DNA of 64,000 bases. Source: an uncultured Chloroflexia bacterium (GTDB lineage: Bacteria; Chloroflexota; Limnocylindria; Limnocylindrales; CSP1-4). Shown here piece after piece: positions 1 to 10,942 of the stretch. Numbering within the stretch: position 1 is the stretch's first letter; each line of letters starts with the position of its first letter. The stretch spans positions 704,001-768,000 of the forward strand of contig CAVVJT010000004.1 of the NCBI GenBank assembly GCA_963748625.1, given 5' to 3'. The position numbers and the translations under genes were made by a program. A model generated the notes under the pieces. That model did no database searches, was not told the DNA's origin, and saw only the letters and a list, made by a program, of their open reading frames with translations.

Positions 1-411
1 CGCCTTCAACGAGGCGACCCTGGGCAAGAGCGGGATCGCCCCGCTCGAGTGGTTCTTCGGGACGCCGTCGACCCCGGTGGATGGCGCCGGCGGCGCGGTG
101 AACAACACGTACTACCGCCTGTCGCGCGCCTACGAGGACCCGTACGACCCGGAGTACGAGCCGGTCATGACCCTGGCCGAGGTGTTCGACGTGACCAACG
201 GGCCGTCGCTCCGCGCGCTCTACAACGGGGCGGACCCGGACGCCGCACGGATCATCACCACCACCGGCCAGAGCGGGTCGCCGTTCAACGGCCACAACAC
301 GGACTGGATCCGATCTCTGGCTGGCCAACGAGACGGTCCCGTTCCCGTTCTCCGACAGAGGCGATCGAGAAGGCGGCCAAGAACGTGGTGGTCCTGCGCG
401 CGAACCCCTGA
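1..411 (+). pseudogene. 3' end of penicillin acylase (Ntn-hydrolase, S45) family gene, interrupted by two +1 indels (probably assembly errors)
   Basis: Frame from base 2 reads ...GPSLRALY...TTGQSGSPFNGHNTDWI. Removing one base at ~311 and one at ~353 continues DLWLANETVPFPFSTEAIEKAAKNVVVLRANP*, a typical acylase C-terminus (GQSG motif). Truncated at window start. Confidence 0.7.
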
Positions 412-527
412 CCGGAGGAGTCCGGTCGGCGCCAGCGCCGGGCGGACGTCGACCACGGCAGCCGCGGGTCGGGCATCGAGCGTCCGGCGCGACCTGATCC
501 GGCGGGCCACGCGATACTGGCGCCGCG

Positions 528-1272
528 ATGCAGGAATGGATGCAGTGGGAGCCGGTCCGCGGCAAGCGCTTCGCCTCGCTCAAGGCCACCCCGGCCCGGC
601 TGCTGGTGGGAGCTGGAGCCTTGGCTGGCTGTCGTGGCCGGGCTGATGCCATGGGCCGAGGGGTCGCGCCGGGGCGGTCGGGCTTCGAGCCCGTCTCGTA
701 CAGCGCGCTCGGGGGCGCCGGCGATGGCGTGATGCTGATCGTGATCTCGATCGCCGCCGCCATCCTGACGCTCCACCGCACCCCGGCCGAGTCCCGGACG
801 AGGACCGTCCGCCTGCTTCCCGGCCGTGATGGTGACGCTCGCGGTGTTCACCTGGCTGAACGGACGGCGAGCCGCCGAGGCCGCCATCGAGGAGTGGGTG
901 ATCCGCGGCGGCTCCGGTGGACCCGCACTCGGGATGTGGCTGGCCGCGGCAGGCGTTGGAGCGATGGTGCTGGGCACCCTCTGGCTGCTGCCGGCCGTCG
1001 TGCGCTGGCAGCGGCACCACGATGATCCCGAGGATCTGCTCACGTTCAGCTGGGCCGGAACGGCGGAGCTGATCGCCGGCACGGTGGGCCTCATCGTCGG
1101 CGGGATCGTCGGGATCAACATCGGCCTGGCGCTGACCGGGCCGATGATCGTGGGCACGATCTTCCTGGGCGCGGTGTTCGGCGGGCTGCTGGGGGCCTAC
1201 GCCGCGATGTGGGCTGTCGGGGCGATCCTGCGGCGCCTCTCTGCCAGCAGGGGGGCGCCACCACAGGGCTGA
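528..1272 (+). pseudogene. Membrane protein, frameshifted (three indels)
   Basis: ORFs 528..1025 and 826..1272 join into one hydrophobic protein if indels at ~624 (+1), ~662 (-1) and ~821 (+1) are corrected. Confidence 0.55.
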
Positions 1273-1331
1273 CGCGCCAACGCGGCGGCGGCCCCCGGAA
1301 CGACGCCACAACCCCGGTACCATCGCCCCCC

Positions 1332-2291
1332 ATGTTCCGTGATCGCGACCAGCTCGTGGGCACGCTCGCAGCGATTGTCGCCGCGACGCTGTTCGGCACG
1401 CTCGGACCCCTGGCGCGCTTCGGGGCCGATGCAGGCGTGGAGGGCGTCGCCTTCACGGCCTGGCGGGCGCTCCTCGGGGCGACGTTCCTGGTGGTGCTCA
1501 TCACCGTGCGCGGGAGGGCGGGGACCTCGATGGCGGCGGTCCGGAGCCTGTCACGGCGCGGGCGCGTGACATTCGCGGTCGCGGCCCTCATGGGCGTCAC
1601 CCTCAACGTGGCGATGTTCACGGCGTTCGGCCTGATCTCGATCTCGCTGACGTTGATGCTCTTCTACACGTACCCGGCCGGTGTGGTGGTCGCGGACCTC
1701 GTGCTTGGCCGGGAGCGGATGACCATCTCCCGGCTCGTCGCCCTGGCCCTGTCCACGTTGGGCGTGGTGCTCGTGCTGTTCGGTGCGGGAGGCGAAGGCC
1801 TCGGCGGCAACCCGCTCGGGATCGCGCTGGGGCTGCTCGCCGCCGCGAGCCAGGTGGTGTTCGTGACCATCAGCCGCCACGGGTACTCGGACGTGCCCGC
1901 CGACGCCGCCACGCTGGGCATCCTGGGCACGGCCTTCGTGGGCGCGTCCCTGATCGCCATCGTGGCGGGCCAGGGCGCCAGCCTCGCGTCGCCCCTCACC
2001 TCCACGGCCGCCTGGCCGTACATCCTCATGGCGGGCGTGGCAGCGGCGGGTGTCTCAAGCTTGCTCTTCCTGAGCGCCATCCGCCTGATCGGCGGCACCC
2101 GGACCGGGATCCTGATGCTGCTCGAGCCGGTGGTCGGCGTGGGCCTCGCGGCGCTGCTGCTGGGCGAGGCACTTGCACCCCTGCAGGCACTTGGCGGCGC
2201 GCTCGTTCTGGCCGGGGCGCTGGTCCTCCAGGTGGGCGCCGACCCCGATCTCGACCCGATCGAGGAGACGGCAGCCGGACCGATCCTGTAG
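1332..2291 (+). CDS. DMT/EamA family transporter
   Basis: About 10 TM helices in two EamA repeats; motifs LFYTYP and LLEPVV. ATG at 1332. Confidence 0.85.
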   Translation: MFRDRDQLVGTLAAIVAATLFGTLGPLARFGADAGVEGVAFTAWRALLGATFLVVLITVRGRAGTSMAAVRSLSRRGRVTFAVAALMGVTLNVAMFTAFGLISISLTLMLFYTYPAGVVVADLVLGRERMTISRLVALALSTLGVVLVLFGAGGEGLGGNPLGIALGLLAAASQVVFVTISRHGYSDVPADAATLGILGTAFVGASLIAIVAGQGASLASPLTSTAAWPYILMAGVAAAGVSSLLFLSAIRLIGGTRTGILMLLEPVVGVGLAALLLGEALAPLQALGGALVLAGALVLQVGADPDLDPIEETAAGPIL

Positions 2292-2312
2292 GGGCGCATC
2301 CTGTAGGGACGC
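2283..2312 (+). repeat. 15-bp tandem duplication spanning the EamA stop codon
   Basis: atcctgtaggggcgc / atcctgtagggacgc. Confidence 0.85.
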
Positions 2313-2399
2313 GGAAGATCCCGGACACGCGGATCACGCCGACGCCACGGCTCCGCTACCGTACCGGGTGCACCGGCGCCCGCCGGAGCACCGTGCACG

Positions 2400-3119
2400 A
2401 TGGAGGTCCCGATGGTCAGGGTCGAAGGGCTCGAGGGTCGCGTGGCCGTCGTGACGGGTGCAGGGCGGGGCATCGGCCTGCGCATCGCCCAGGTGCTGGC
2501 GGCCAATGGCGCATCGGTCGCGGGTCTCGACCTGCTCCCGCCCGATGTGGACGGCATCCTGGGCATCGAGGCTGACGTCTCCGACGAGGCCGCCCTGAAC
2601 GACGCCTTCGGGCGCATCGAGGAGGAGCTCGGCTCCCCGACGGTCCTCATCCTCAACGCGGGCATCCTGCCGCTGGTGCCGCTCGTGGAGACATCCACGG
2701 AGCTGTGGGAGCGGACCCTCTCGATCAACCTGACCGGACCATTCCTCGCCATCCGGCGCGCACTTCCGGGCATGCGGGTCGAGGGGTACGGGCGGATCAT
2801 CGCCATCGGGGCGGCCGCCGGGAAGTCCGGCGGGGCACGCTCGGCCGCCTACGCCGCGTCCAAGGCGGGCCTCATGACGCTGGTGAAGTCCGTGGCCGCC
2901 GAATACGCCCGGGAGGGCATCACCGCGAACGTGGTCGCGCCCGCCCTCATCGACACGGCGCTCCTGGGTGGCGCGCGCGAGCTGGCCGGCCGGGTGCCGG
3001 TGGGCCGACTCGGGACGACCGACGAGGTCGCCGCGCTCGTGGCGTTCCTGGCGTCAGGCGAGGCCGGCTACATCACGGGCGAGGTCGTCGACATCAACGG
3101 CGGCACCCTGATCGACTGA
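2400..3119 (+). CDS. Short-chain dehydrogenase/reductase (FabG-like)
   Basis: TGAGRGIG, NAG, YAASK, and GEVVDINGG C-terminus. Confidence 0.9.
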   Translation: MEVPMVRVEGLEGRVAVVTGAGRGIGLRIAQVLAANGASVAGLDLLPPDVDGILGIEADVSDEAALNDAFGRIEEELGSPTVLILNAGILPLVPLVETSTELWERTLSINLTGPFLAIRRALPGMRVEGYGRIIAIGAAAGKSGGARSAAYAASKAGLMTLVKSVAAEYAREGITANVVAPALIDTALLGGARELAGRVPVGRLGTTDEVAALVAFLASGEAGYITGEVVDINGGTLID

Positions 3120-3175
3120 CACTCGACGGCGAGCGAGATCGGCCGTGGCGGGCGGCCCAGGAGACGGTGCCCGCG

Positions 3176-3520
3176 CTAGTCGTCCTGGTTGACCTCGAGC
3201 GGGCCATCGGGAACCTCGATCGTGATCCGTCCGTCCACGATCGCCACGTCGTAGACCGCGAGCGGGCTCTCGGCAGGGGCGTCCAGAGGCTCCCCGTCGC
3301 CGAGATCGAACCGGGACATGTGCAGCGGGCACGTCAGCGTGCCGGCCGTCAGGAAGCCCCTGTCGAGCTCGAAGTACTCATGCGAGCAGGTGCCCTGGAG
3401 GGCGTGGAACTCGCCGCTCACGTGCACCACGATCACCGGGTCCGAGCCGTCCACCCAGACCATCTGCATCTCGCCGTCAGGCAGCTCGCCCACGCCGAGC
3501 AGGTCGATCCGGCGGCTCAT
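3176..3520 (-). CDS. Rieske [2Fe-2S] ferredoxin
   Basis: CSH...CPLH Rieske ligands; ATG at 3520; downstream of sufD. Confidence 0.9.
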   Translation of the reverse strand: MSRRIDLLGVGELPDGEMQMVWVDGSDPVIVVHVSGEFHALQGTCSHEYFELDRGFLTAGTLTCPLHMSRFDLGDGEPLDAPAESPLAVYDVAIVDGRITIEVPDGPLEVNQDD

Positions 3521-3551
3521 ACGCGCGCCCCAGCCCGCCGTTGCCCCGCGC

Positions 3552-4952
3552 TCAGGCTGCGGTCGCAGCGCCCGCGGCGAGCCCGGAGGTCCACTTGGCC
3601 TCCAGCGCATCGCGCAGACGGTCCTGCGCCTCCTCGAGCGGAACCCGAGCCACGACCGGCTCCAGGAACCCGAGCACGATGAACTTGCGAGCGTCGTCGG
3701 GCGCGATGCCCCGGCTCTCGAGATAGAACAGCTGGCTCTCGTCGATCGGACCCACCGACGAGCTGTGCATCGCGCGCCGGCAGTCGGGCTGGTCGATCTC
3801 GAGGCTCGGGATGGCCACCGCGCGCGCCGCCTTGGACAGGTTCATCCCGAACTCGCCGAGGTAGCTGTCGGTGCCGATCGCGGTCTTCTCGATCGAGATC
3901 AGGCCCTTCATGTACGTCCGTGCCCTATCGAGCAGCACGCCCTTCGAGAGCAGCTGGCCCGACGTGTCCCTGCCGATGTGCCGCGTGTACGAGGTCAGGT
4001 CGTGCAACTGGTCCCCCGACCCGAACACGATCTCGGTCTGCTCCACCTGGCTGCGGTCGCCCGCGAGGACATTGTCCACGCGGCTGCGCACGAGGCGCCC
4101 GCCCAGCTGGGCCAGCGCCCAGCGCAGGTCTGCGGCTTCCCCGATGTCCGCCCGGCGCTGCTGGAACACGATGTGATCGGGACCAAGCTCCTGCAGGCTT
4201 GCCATGCCCAGGCGGGCGTGGGCGCCGAGGCGCAACTCCGTGGTACCGCAGAACATCGCCTGCTGCCCGGCCACGGCGGCATCCGAGGCGACAAGCTCCT
4301 CGACCACCGAGGCCTCAGCGCCATCGCCGAGCACGATCAGCGTCCGCGCGACCAGCGTCCGCGGTGCGCCGAGCGCCCAGCGGAGCACGATCGGCGCCTC
4401 GGCCACGACGCCCGCCGGGACGTGGAGCACGATGCCCTGCGTCCAGGCGGCGCAGGAGAGCTCGGCGAGGCGCTCATCCACCGGGATCGGGCTCGCGGCG
4501 AGCAGCTCCCTGGCGAGGGCCTCGTCGGAGGCGACGAGATCGCCGAGGGTCTGCAGACGGACCCCGGCAGCGGCCAGCTTCGCGTCGAGCGCGAGCCCGG
4601 CCACGCCGTCCTCACGCAGCTCGATCAGGCCGCCGATGCCGTCTGGCAGGGTGCCGGCGGCGGCGCGGCCGGCGGCCGTGGTCACGTACGGCGCCGCCCC
4701 GTCGATCGAGGCTGCGCGCAAGTCCACGTACGGCGTGTAGAGCCGGTTCGCCTCGGTTGGCAGAGCCTCGAACCGGGCGAGTGCAGCGAAACGCTCATCC
4801 CTGAGCCAGGCGGGCTCGGAGCGCTCCGTCACGAGGCGCTCGACAAGCGCCGTGTCGACGAAGCTGATGGGGAGGTCCGCCGGACCACGGCGCGGGACGC
4901 GCACGGCGCGCGCGGTCGGCACAGGCGCTGATGCTTCGACGGTCTCCGTCAC
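3552..4952 (-). CDS. sufD: Fe-S cluster assembly protein SufD
   Basis: SufBD-family C-terminus (PSLEI...[21 protein letters not shown]). GTG start overlaps the sufB stop. Confidence 0.88.
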   Translation of the reverse strand: MTETVEASAPVPTARAVRVPRRGPADLPISFVDTALVERLVTERSEPAWLRDERFAALARFEALPTEANRLYTPYVDLRAASIDGAAPYVTTAAGRAAAGTLPDGIGGLIELREDGVAGLALDAKLAAAGVRLQTLGDLVASDEALARELLAASPIPVDERLAELSCAAWTQGIVLHVPAGVVAEAPIVLRWALGAPRTLVARTLIVLGDGAEASVVEELVASDAAVAGQQAMFCGTTELRLGAHARLGMASLQELGPDHIVFQQRRADIGEAADLRWALAQLGGRLVRSRVDNVLAGDRSQVEQTEIVFGSGDQLHDLTSYTRHIGRDTSGQLLSKGVLLDRARTYMKGLISIEKTAIGTDSYLGEFGMNLSKAARAVAIPSLEIDQPDCRRAMHSSSVGPIDESQLFYLESRGIAPDDARKFIVLGFLEPVVARVPLEEAQDRLRDALEAKWTSGLAAGAATAA

Positions 4953-6352
4953 CCGAGCGACCCTTCCATCTCCAGCTTGACCAGGCGGTTGAACTCGATG
5001 GCGTACTCCATCGGCAGCTCCTTGGTGAACACCTCGAGGAAGCCCTGCACGATGAGGTTCGTCGCCTCGTTCTCGGTGAGGCCGCGGCTCATCAGGTAGA
5101 AGACCTGGTCCGCGGAGACCTTGCCGACGGTGGCCTCGTGGGTCATCGTCGTGTCGTCCTCCCCGATGTCGATGTACGGGTAGGTGTCGCTGCGGCTCAG
5201 GTCGTCGAGCATGAGTGCGTCGCAGCGGACGGACGCGGTGACCCCGGTGGCGCCCGGGGCGACCTTCAGCTGCCCGCGGTAGGTGGCCCGGCCACCGTCC
5301 TTGGACACCGACTTGGACACGATCCTCGACGTGGTGTTCGACGCGAGGTGGACGGCCTTGGCGCCGGTGTCCTGGTGCTGGCCCTTGCCGGCGACCGCCA
5401 CCGAGATCACCTCGGCGGTGGCGCCCTCGCCCAGCAGGTAGATCGCCGGATACTTCATGGTCAACCGGGACCCGGTATTCGCGTCCACCCACTCCACCGT
5501 CGAGTTGGCGTGCGCGTGGGCGCGCTTGGTCACCAGGTTGTAGACGTCGTTCGACCAGTTCTGGATGGTCGTGTACCGGACCTTGGACCCGGCGAGGGCG
5601 ATCACCTCAACGACCGCCGCGTGCAGCGAGTCGGTCGCGTAGATGGGGGCCGTGCAGCCCTCGATGTAGTGGACCTTGGCGCCCTCGTCCACCACGATCA
5701 GCGTCCGCTCGAACTGGCCCGTGTTCTCGCCGTTGATGCGGAAGTACGCCTGGAGCGGGAGCGGGACCTCGACGCCCTTGGGGACGTAGACGAACGAGCC
5801 GCCGGACCAGACCGCGGAGTTGAGCGCGGCGAACTTGTTGTCCTCGGGCGGGACGACGGTGCCGAAGTACTTGCGGAAGATCTCCGGGTACTCCTTCATC
5901 GCCTGGTCGGTGCCCATGAAGACCACGCCGATCTTGGTGAGCTCCTCACGCACGGAGTGGTAGACGACCTCCGAGTCGTACTGGGCGCCGACGCCCGCGA
6001 GGAACTTGCGCTCCGCCTCGGGGATGCCCAGCTTCTCGAACGTCTGCTTGATCTGCTCGGGGACGTCGTCCCACGACTTCTCTTCGCGCTCGGACGGCTT
6101 GCGGTAGTAGACGATCTTGCCGAAGTCGATCGTGCCCAGGTTGCCGCCCCACTCGGGCATGGCGCGCTTCAGGAAGTGGTCGTACGCGCGCAGACGGAAC
6201 TGCAGCATCCAGTCCGGCTCGTCCTTGAAGCGACTGATCTCCTCCACCGTCTCGCGCGTCAGGCCGCGCTTGGTCTCGGCGAGGTAGACGATGTCGTCGT
6301 GGAAGGCGTACTGGTCGCGTTCGTCCTTGACGAGTTCGCGGGTCGAGGTCAT
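4949..6352 (-). CDS. sufB: Fe-S cluster assembly protein SufB
   Basis: [48 protein letters not shown]...MEGSLG. Confidence 0.97.
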   Translation of the reverse strand: MTSTRELVKDERDQYAFHDDIVYLAETKRGLTRETVEEISRFKDEPDWMLQFRLRAYDHFLKRAMPEWGGNLGTIDFGKIVYYRKPSEREEKSWDDVPEQIKQTFEKLGIPEAERKFLAGVGAQYDSEVVYHSVREELTKIGVVFMGTDQAMKEYPEIFRKYFGTVVPPEDNKFAALNSAVWSGGSFVYVPKGVEVPLPLQAYFRINGENTGQFERTLIVVDEGAKVHYIEGCTAPIYATDSLHAAVVEVIALAGSKVRYTTIQNWSNDVYNLVTKRAHAHANSTVEWVDANTGSRLTMKYPAIYLLGEGATAEVISVAVAGKGQHQDTGAKAVHLASNTTSRIVSKSVSKDGGRATYRGQLKVAPGATGVTASVRCDALMLDDLSRSDTYPYIDIGEDDTTMTHEATVGKVSADQVFYLMSRGLTENEATNLIVQGFLEVFTKELPMEYAIEFNRLVKLEMEGSLG

Positions 6353-6438
6353 CGCTGCTCCGTTCGCGGCCTGCCGGCCGCCGGATGGGGTCGCTGGTCT
6401 GGCAATGGGCCGCGACCGCTGGGACGCGGGTCGCGGGC

Positions 6439-6465
6439 TAATCCCTAGCAGAATTATCGGAATTA
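6439..6465. promoter_or_regulatory. AT-rich operator resembling an Rrf2 (IscR/CymR-type) site, upstream of sufB
   Basis: taatccctagcagaattatcggaatta: TAATcC...GGAATTA inverted arms in an otherwise very GC-rich context. Confidence 0.6.
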
Positions 6466-6604
6466 CCGGGCGATCCGTCAACGATGGCGTATCCGTCGTG
6501 CTGAGACCCGGCCGGCGCCTGCAGCGCGGCCGCCGCGGCCCCATGCCAGCGCCGTACCATGCGGCGAGCGCAACCATCACGGCCGCTCGCACTGGAGACC
6601 CCCG

Positions 6605-7258
6605 TTGGACGCAGCAGCCCTCGCGCTCGGCCTGATCGGTATCGGCGCTGGCTCGCTGCTCGCGATGTTCGGTGTGCGCTTCTTCTGGGTCCTGCTGGCG
6701 CTGTGGGGCGCCATCATCGGGTTCCTCGCCGGAGCGGACATCGCGGCGACGATCCTGGGCGAAGGGTTCCTGGCCACCATCGCGGGCTGGATCGCCGGCA
6801 TCGCGGGCGCCGTCGTGCTCGGCCTGCTCGCGGGCGCCGTCTACTGGGCGGCGGTCATCGTCCTGAGCGGTGGCGTCGGCTACGCCATCGGGAGCGGGAT
6901 CCTGCTCATGCTTGGCGCTGAGCCGGGGATCGTCACCATCGGTGCCGGGCTCGCCGGCGCAGCAGCCCTCATCGTGCTCGCCCTGGTCCTGCGCGTGCCG
7001 GTCCTGCTCGTCGCGGTCCTCACCAGCTTCGGTGGTGTGGGCTACGCCATCGTTGGGGCGCTCATGGTCCTCGGCAGGATCCCGCTCGCCGACCTCCAGG
7101 GTGGCGCCCTGGGCTCGCTCGGGGATCGACCCCTGGCGCTCGTCGCCTGGCTCGGCCTGGGGGCGACCGCATGCGCCTACCAGCTGATCGTGGCCCGGGA
7201 GGACGAGCAACGGGTCCTCGGCTCGCTCGACCAGAACCGGCCCGGGGGCGGCGCATGA
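6605..7258 (+). CDS. DUF4203-like integral membrane protein
   Basis: Gly-rich multi-TM protein (FGVRFF...GAIIGF, LTSFGG); TTG start after GGAG. Confidence 0.7.
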   Translation: MDAAALALGLIGIGAGSLLAMFGVRFFWVLLALWGAIIGFLAGADIAATILGEGFLATIAGWIAGIAGAVVLGLLAGAVYWAAVIVLSGGVGYAIGSGILLMLGAEPGIVTIGAGLAGAAALIVLALVLRVPVLLVAVLTSFGGVGYAIVGALMVLGRIPLADLQGGALGSLGDRPLALVAWLGLGATACAYQLIVAREDEQRVLGSLDQNRPGGGA

Positions 7259-8361
7259 CGGCGGCCGACCTCCCGCCCGACCCTGCGCTCGAGGGCCAGC
7301 CGCCGATCGGCGACGACCTGCCCAGCCGCAACCCCCGCGCCCGGACGAAGTCGATCCTGGGCGGCATCGGCCTCGTGCTCTACATGTGGCTGGTCTTCGG
7401 TGTGCTGCTGCCGTCGGTCGTGGACTACCAGGCCATGCTCGACGCCTTCAGACAGGTGCCGCCCGAGTGGCTGCTGGTCGTGCTGGTCGTGGGCATGCTT
7501 GGCTGGTACGCGGAGGGCTGGGCCCAGAAGGTCATGTTCCCGGGGCTGGGCTCGTTCCGGTCCACCGGTGCCTACCTCGTCCAGGCGGCTGTCGGCTCGA
7601 CGCTCACGGGCGCCGTGAAGGCGGGCATCGGGTACGTGATGTTCCGGCGCTGGTCGTTCAGCACGCAGGCGGTCGTGCTGGGCATGACCCTCAACGGCCT
7701 GGCGGTCCAGGCGTCCAAGCTCCTGATGCCCGCCCTCTGGATCCTCCTGCTGACGGCCACTGGCACCTTCCCCGGCAACGGCATCCTCATCGCGGTCCTG
7801 CTCATCATCCCGGTGGCGCTGGCGCTGGTCGTCGGGATCTGGATCATGCGCTCCGAGAAGTTCGCCCGGCGTGTGGGGGCCTTCGCGACGCGGGCCTCCG
7901 GCGCGGTCATGCGCCGGATGCACAAGGTGGGACCCGATGACCTCACGCCCCGGGTGCTCGACTTCCGGGCCACGGCGGGGGTCCTGCTGGCCGCCAAAGC
8001 GCTGCCCATCACGGTCACCCAGGCGATCGCGCGCACGGCGGGCTACGTGCTCCTCGTCGTGTCGATGCGCGCCATCGGGATCGGCCCGGAGGTCCTGCCT
8101 CCGGACGTGATCCTGGCCGTGTACGCCGTCGTGATGGTCATCGGCCTGCTGCCGATCGCCCCGGGCGGCGCCGGCCTGCCCGAGCTGCTCTACATCTCGT
8201 TCTTCACCGGCATCGTCGCCGACCCGTCCCTGGACGACCAGATCGCCGCCGGCGTGATGCTGATGCGCGGCGTGTCCTGGTTCCTGCCGATCCCGGTGGG
8301 CTACCTGGTGATGGCGGTGTTCCGCTGGGAGAACCGGCACCGCGCCCCGGTCGTCGGGTGA
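7255..8361 (+). CDS. Lysylphosphatidylglycerol synthase TM / flippase-like (YbhN/UPF0104) membrane protein
   Basis: Multi-TM; [11 protein letters not shown] motif; [14 protein letters not shown]-terminus. ATG overlaps the previous stop. Confidence 0.8.
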   Translation: MTAADLPPDPALEGQPPIGDDLPSRNPRARTKSILGGIGLVLYMWLVFGVLLPSVVDYQAMLDAFRQVPPEWLLVVLVVGMLGWYAEGWAQKVMFPGLGSFRSTGAYLVQAAVGSTLTGAVKAGIGYVMFRRWSFSTQAVVLGMTLNGLAVQASKLLMPALWILLLTATGTFPGNGILIAVLLIIPVALALVVGIWIMRSEKFARRVGAFATRASGAVMRRMHKVGPDDLTPRVLDFRATAGVLLAAKALPITVTQAIARTAGYVLLVVSMRAIGIGPEVLPPDVILAVYAVVMVIGLLPIAPGGAGLPELLYISFFTGIVADPSLDDQIAAGVMLMRGVSWFLPIPVGYLVMAVFRWENRHRAPVVG

Positions 8362-8401
8362 TGAGCTGGGGCCCGCGCTGAGCGGCCCGCGCCTGACCCG
8401 C

Positions 8402-9631
8402 CTAGAAGAACGTCGAGCAGAACGGCGCGTCAGCCGTCCGGAACAGGGCGTCCGCCTCGGCCAGCGCGCCATCGCGGTGCTCCTCGAAGCCCGTGCCGAG
8501 CACGGCATCGCGCAGACGCGTCCCGCCCAGGTAGGCGGACCCGAGCGCGGCCACCGGGAGCGTCAGGTCGGCCGGGCGATCGGTACCCGTGCACCGGGCG
8601 CCGTCCGCGGAGACGTCGAGCAGGTACCGGCGACGGCCACCGAAGGCCTCGTCGTCCACCACCTCGAGGACCAGGCTCCCGGACAGCTCGTAGGCGCGCG
8701 CCTCGAGTGCCCGGGGCACGTCGAACAGCCTGACCCACACCGCGTCGCCCATGCTCTCGGCTCGGGCGGCACGCGCATTCCGGAGCATCCATGGCAGTGG
8801 CTCGTCCACCCGCCGGCCCTCGGCGCTCACCTGGGTCACGAGGTCCAGCGCGAGCAGGAACCCCCACAGCGCGCGATAGGCCTCGTCGCTCACGGCGACC
8901 AGCTCCTGGATGGCGACCCCGTTGGCGGGCAGGCTGTGCTCCCACTTCGGCTTGCCCGTGTAGCGGGCGTATCCGTCGGGCGTGCCCGCAGCGTCGCGCC
9001 GGATGAGCAGGAAGCCCTTCCACGTCTCGCCCCAGGGCTCCTCCTCCAGGCCCAGGCGGAGCGGCCAGCCCACCTCACGGCGCCGGATCTCCCCTGCCCG
9101 GACGTGCCGCGCCTGCTCGTGGACGCCGCGCACGACCTCCACTGCAGCGGCATCAGGGGTCACCAGGTCCACGCCGCCGGGGACCGGGTCCCGGAATTCC
9201 GCGAGGCGCGCATCCACCGCCCAGTCCGCCCAGCGCGTCGCAGGCCCATAGCCGAAGCGCCCGTAGATCGGGTACTCCGACGCGTACAGCACCGCGACCG
9301 CCTCACCACGCGCCACGATGTCCGCATGGGCCACCGCCGCCATCCGCCCGAGCAGGCCCTGGCGCCGATGCGTGGGCTTGACGCCGACGGCCGAGATTCC
9401 GGCCCCCGGCAGCACCGCCAGGCCGGGAACCGTGAGCTCGGTGCTGAACGCCCGGAACGTGCCCACCGCCCGACCGCCATCGAATGCGGCGACCAGCCGG
9501 CCCGGCTCCCACGTGCGGCGGATGACCTCCGCCACCTTCTCCAGATCGGGACGTTCCACGAACGCGGTGCTGATCGCGTCAACGGCGGACGAGTATTCGG
9601 ACGGGTCGGCGACCCTCACATCGATGCCCAT
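8402..9631 (-). CDS. Eis-like GNAT acetyltransferase
   Basis: VGVKPTHRRQG, LYASEYPIYGRFGYG, C-terminal SCP2-like domain ending CSTFF. Confidence 0.9.
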   Translation of the reverse strand: MGIDVRVADPSEYSSAVDAISTAFVERPDLEKVAEVIRRTWEPGRLVAAFDGGRAVGTFRAFSTELTVPGLAVLPGAGISAVGVKPTHRRQGLLGRMAAVAHADIVARGEAVAVLYASEYPIYGRFGYGPATRWADWAVDARLAEFRDPVPGGVDLVTPDAAAVEVVRGVHEQARHVRAGEIRRREVGWPLRLGLEEEPWGETWKGFLLIRRDAAGTPDGYARYTGKPKWEHSLPANGVAIQELVAVSDEAYRALWGFLLALDLVTQVSAEGRRVDEPLPWMLRNARAARAESMGDAVWVRLFDVPRALEARAYELSGSLVLEVVDDEAFGGRRRYLLDVSADGARCTGTDRPADLTLPVAALGSAYLGGTRLRDAVLGTGFEEHRDGALAEADALFRTADAPFCSTFF

Positions 9632-9707
9632 GCCGCGACTCTAGCACCGGCGGTGGGGCGGTATCCTTGCGCCTCCACCCGGTGTGGCAGGAAGGAGAGC
9701 GACGCGC

Positions 9708-10940
9708 GTGACCGACACCTCAGCCGGCGGTCCCGGCCTGCTCCTGCCAGAGGGGACGCGACTCGTCCACATCGGCCCGCCGAAGACGGGGACCACCTCG
9801 CTCCAGGGAAGCTTCCACGCGCGCCGCGACGAGATCCTCGCCCAGGGTGTCCGTTACGCGGGCCGTCGCCGCCACTCGAGCGCAGCCGTCCTCGCCGTCA
9901 CCGATCGGCCATCGTTCGGGCAGGACTCGGGTTCCCCGCCGATCAAGCACTGGCACGCGATCGTCAACGAGATCCGCACCGCGCGGGAACCTCGCATCAT
10001 CTTCAGCAGCGAGTTCTTCGCCGATGCCCTGGAACCCTACATTCCGCGCATCGTCGAGGACCTTGGCGGGCCGAACGTGCACGTCGTGGTCACCCTGCGC
10101 CCGCTCGCGAAGATCCTCCCCTCCCAGTGGCAGCAGTACGTCCAGAGCGGCCTGCGCATGGACTTCGACCCCTGGCTGGACGCCATGTACAACCAGCCGC
10201 CCGGTCCGTTCATGGCGACGTTCTGGCGTCGCCACCGTCACGACGAGCTGATCGCCCGCTGGGCGGATGTCGTCGGCCCGGAGCGGGTCACCGTCATCGC
10301 GATGGACGAGCGCGACCACGATCATCTCTACCGGGTGTTCGAGCAGCTCCTCGGCCTGCGCACAGGCACCCTCGCGGCGGAGCCGGATCTCGCCAACCGC
10401 TCGATGACGATGCCGGAGATCCAGGCGGTCCGCGCCTTCAACAACCAGTTCAAGGACCTCAAGCTGGGCAATGCCCTGTTCCACAAGGTGATGCACTTCA
10501 CCGCCGCCACCCACATGAAGCTGGTGGAACCGAAGCCGGAGTGGCCGAGGATCGAGGTCCCGCAGTGGGCGCTTGACCGCTCGAGCGAGGTCAGCGCGCA
10601 GATGGTGGCCGCAATCCGGGCGAGCGGCGTCCGGGTCATCGGCGACCTGGACGGCCTCGCCCGAGTCCAGCCGAGCAGGCTGCAGGGGGATGTCCAGCCC
10701 GAGACGTGCATTCCCGCGGAGATCGCCGGCCGGATGGCCATGGGCGTGCTGATGGCGTCCGACCTTGTCCGCACGACACCCGAGGGCACCGTGACGGCCT
10801 CGGCGGGCCGCAAGGACGTGGAGCCACTGGAGCTTGCCCGCATCGACACCTACCGCCTTGCGGGCTACCTGGTCCTGCGCATCAAGCGTGCCGTCCTGCG
10901 TCGCGCACGCGGCCTGCTCGCGCCGCTGCGCAGAGGCTAG
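9708..10940 (+). CDS. Sulfotransferase-fold protein (paralogue 1)
   Basis: 5'-PSB-like loop HIGPPKTGTTSLQ, SSEFF, 3'-PB-like TLRPLAKILPSQWQQ. GTG start after GAAGGAG. Confidence 0.7.
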   Translation: MTDTSAGGPGLLLPEGTRLVHIGPPKTGTTSLQGSFHARRDEILAQGVRYAGRRRHSSAAVLAVTDRPSFGQDSGSPPIKHWHAIVNEIRTAREPRIIFSSEFFADALEPYIPRIVEDLGGPNVHVVVTLRPLAKILPSQWQQYVQSGLRMDFDPWLDAMYNQPPGPFMATFWRRHRHDELIARWADVVGPERVTVIAMDERDHDHLYRVFEQLLGLRTGTLAAEPDLANRSMTMPEIQAVRAFNNQFKDLKLGNALFHKVMHFTAATHMKLVEPKPEWPRIEVPQWALDRSSEVSAQMVAAIRASGVRVIGDLDGLARVQPSRLQGDVQPETCIPAEIAGRMAMGVLMASDLVRTTPEGTVTASAGRKDVEPLELARIDTYRLAGYLVLRIKRAVLRRARGLLAPLRRG

Positions 10941-10942
10941 GC

